Part shown: positions 62,316-64,000 of the stretch, piece after piece
How the letters are laid out: the number at the start of each line of letters is the position of its first letter
How positions within the stretch are numbered: position 1 is the first letter of the stretch
Origin: Camelus ferus
Lineage: Eukaryota
Assembly (NCBI RefSeq): GCF_009834535.1
Contig: NC_045702.1
Span: 23,374,001 to 23,438,000, forward strand
DNA length: 64,000 nt
Reading direction: 5' to 3'
Program-made: the position numbers and the translations under genes
The notes under the pieces: generated by a model
What the model was told of the DNA's origin: nothing
The model's database searches: none
The model's input: only the letters and a program-made list of their open reading frames with translations

Positions 62316-63650
62316 TATCTGTTCCATTAAGCTCTCCTAGAAATGTCACAATAAATTACCAAAAACTGAATGGCTTAAGACAACAGAAATATACTGTCAT
62401 GTTTCCACAGGCTTTCTAGAAGTCTAAAATGGAAGTCCTGGCAAGGCCACTCTCCCTCTGAAGGATCTGGGAAGGAATAAAGGAGTCCCTGATCTAAAGC
62501 AAGTACACAATCCAACAGGGCAATTTCCAGTAGGTTTCAAGGCCTGAATATAATTCTCTGTGGCTTTATCTGCCCCCTGGGCCTGTGGAGGTCTGCAGGC
62601 TCTACCTCTGAGCCGTGTTGGTTGCAGACTGCCCTCCGAGTCTGTATCTGTGCTGTGATCCAGAAGTCATTTTCTTTCCTTGAAAAGCAGTGCATGTTTC
62701 TATCAGTCCACTCCCCACATATGGAATCCCAGAAGTCTTACAGCTTTCCTCCATTTTGCCCCCTCTCTGCCCTCTTCAGTCCAAGCTGGAAGCATGTCTG
62801 CTGATACAACATTCTCAAACCCATGCTGGTGTTCTGTGGCTGTCAAGGGGATGATGCCATTGCACAACAGAGTTCTCCACAGACCCTCGCTGGAGAACCC
62901 CATCTCTACTCCTGGCTTCTCCTGAGATGCTAACTGGTCCATGAAACACAGCACTACGCTTTAGCATAAGGCTGTCCAGTCACACCCTTGACCCTGTTTC
63001 CAGAGAACGCTATCTGCAAAGGCTGAGAATTCCTCAAATCATGAAGTGCTGTTTCCTTTGTGCTTAACATTTCCTTCCTCCATTTATCTCCTTCCTCTCA
63101 CATTTTACTGTAAGCATAAAGGAAAAACCAGACTGCACCTTTACACTTTGCTTGGAATCTCCTCAGCTAAATATCCAAATTTAACTTGTAAATTCTGCTT
63201 TACACACAATAGAACACAATTCAGCCAGGATTTTTGCCACTTTATGACAAGAATCACCTTCTTTCCAGTGTCCAGTAACATGGTGTACAAGTCCTTCTTA
63301 TTTTCTTAAGTTGTATATTTTCATCAACACTCTGTCATGACAATCTGTATGTTCTCTAAGACAACAGAAACTTTCTCTATCATCCTTTGCTTCTTTCTAA
63401 GTCTTCAACAGAATCACCTTTAATATTTATATTTGTCTTCAAGGCAACACAGGCTTTCTTCTATCATTACAACAAACCTCTTCTAGTTTCTACTTATTAT
63501 CCAATTCTAAAACCGCATAAAGTTAACTGATTTTACATGTTAATTACACCTATAAAACACCTTCACAGCAACACCTCAATTAGTGTTTGATTAAATAACT
63601 TGATACTATATACAGTCTAGCCAAGTTAACACACAAAATTAACCATCACA
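62316..63650 (-). mobile_element. MLT1E-type MaLR element: partial LTR, internal region, partial LTR
   Basis: LTR 3' end at 62316-62470 (aaattaccaaaaactgaatggcttaagacaacagaaat), MLT1-int phrases (ctgagaattcctcaaatc, gaatcacctttaatatt), and LTR 5' end at 63510-63650 (ctagccaagttaacacacaaaattaaccatcaca). Confidence 0.8.
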
Positions 63651-64000
63651 CTGACCATGCCATAAAATAATATATATCCTGCTACTGTGAAATCTTATCC
63701 CTTAGCTAATACAGTATTTTCTTCGAGGAAAGGAATGATATTAAATATGACCTTGTCTCCATCAATCTGTCCTCATGCCTTTAGCAAAAGTATCCCCCTA
63801 ATCCCACCTCTATTCTACCTAATGAATTCTTTGTGTTACCAATATACCACTAAAATAACCATAATTTTGGCCAGAGCTGACACTTGCTGTTACCTAATTA
63901 CATGTACAATAAATCAATAAGTGGTAGCCACTATTTAGAGCCAATTTTAACCACAAAATCAGCAGTTACACACACACGCACAAATGCTTCTAATTTCAAA

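Noticed and set aside
1-64000. CRISPR arrays, rRNA, snRNA or operon-like systems
   Set aside because: No regularly spaced repeat-spacer array or RNA gene sequence was seen; this is mammalian non-genic or intronic DNA.

Overview
AT-rich (about 35% GC by eye), CpG-poor mammalian genomic DNA. It is most likely camelid, inferred from a tRNA-Ala(AGC)-derived vic-1-type SINE and a young L1 3' end of camelid type. I recognise no host protein-coding gene, RNA gene or CRISPR array. Most long ORFs in the track are chance frames or lie in or antisense to repeats. The window is dominated by layered transposon fossils: MIR, L2, old and young L1, several MLT1 (MaLR) LTRs, ERV1-type solo LTRs, hAT-Charlie elements and two decayed class III (ERV-L) gag-pro-pol fragments on opposite strands. 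Repeat families were called from remembered consensus sequences, so boundaries without a TSD are approximate. The best-supported unusual structure is a triple nested insertion at 21.3-21.75 kb. The best functional leads are all unproven: a TATA+POU-motif two-exon candidate (4.8-5.9 kb), a motif cluster (29.4-29.7 kb) beside an open 261-nt exon-like segment, a strong splice acceptor at 26.4 kb and a CpG-retaining E-box/TATA patch at 57.1-57.45 kb. I cannot support a claim of a novel biological system from sequence alone.
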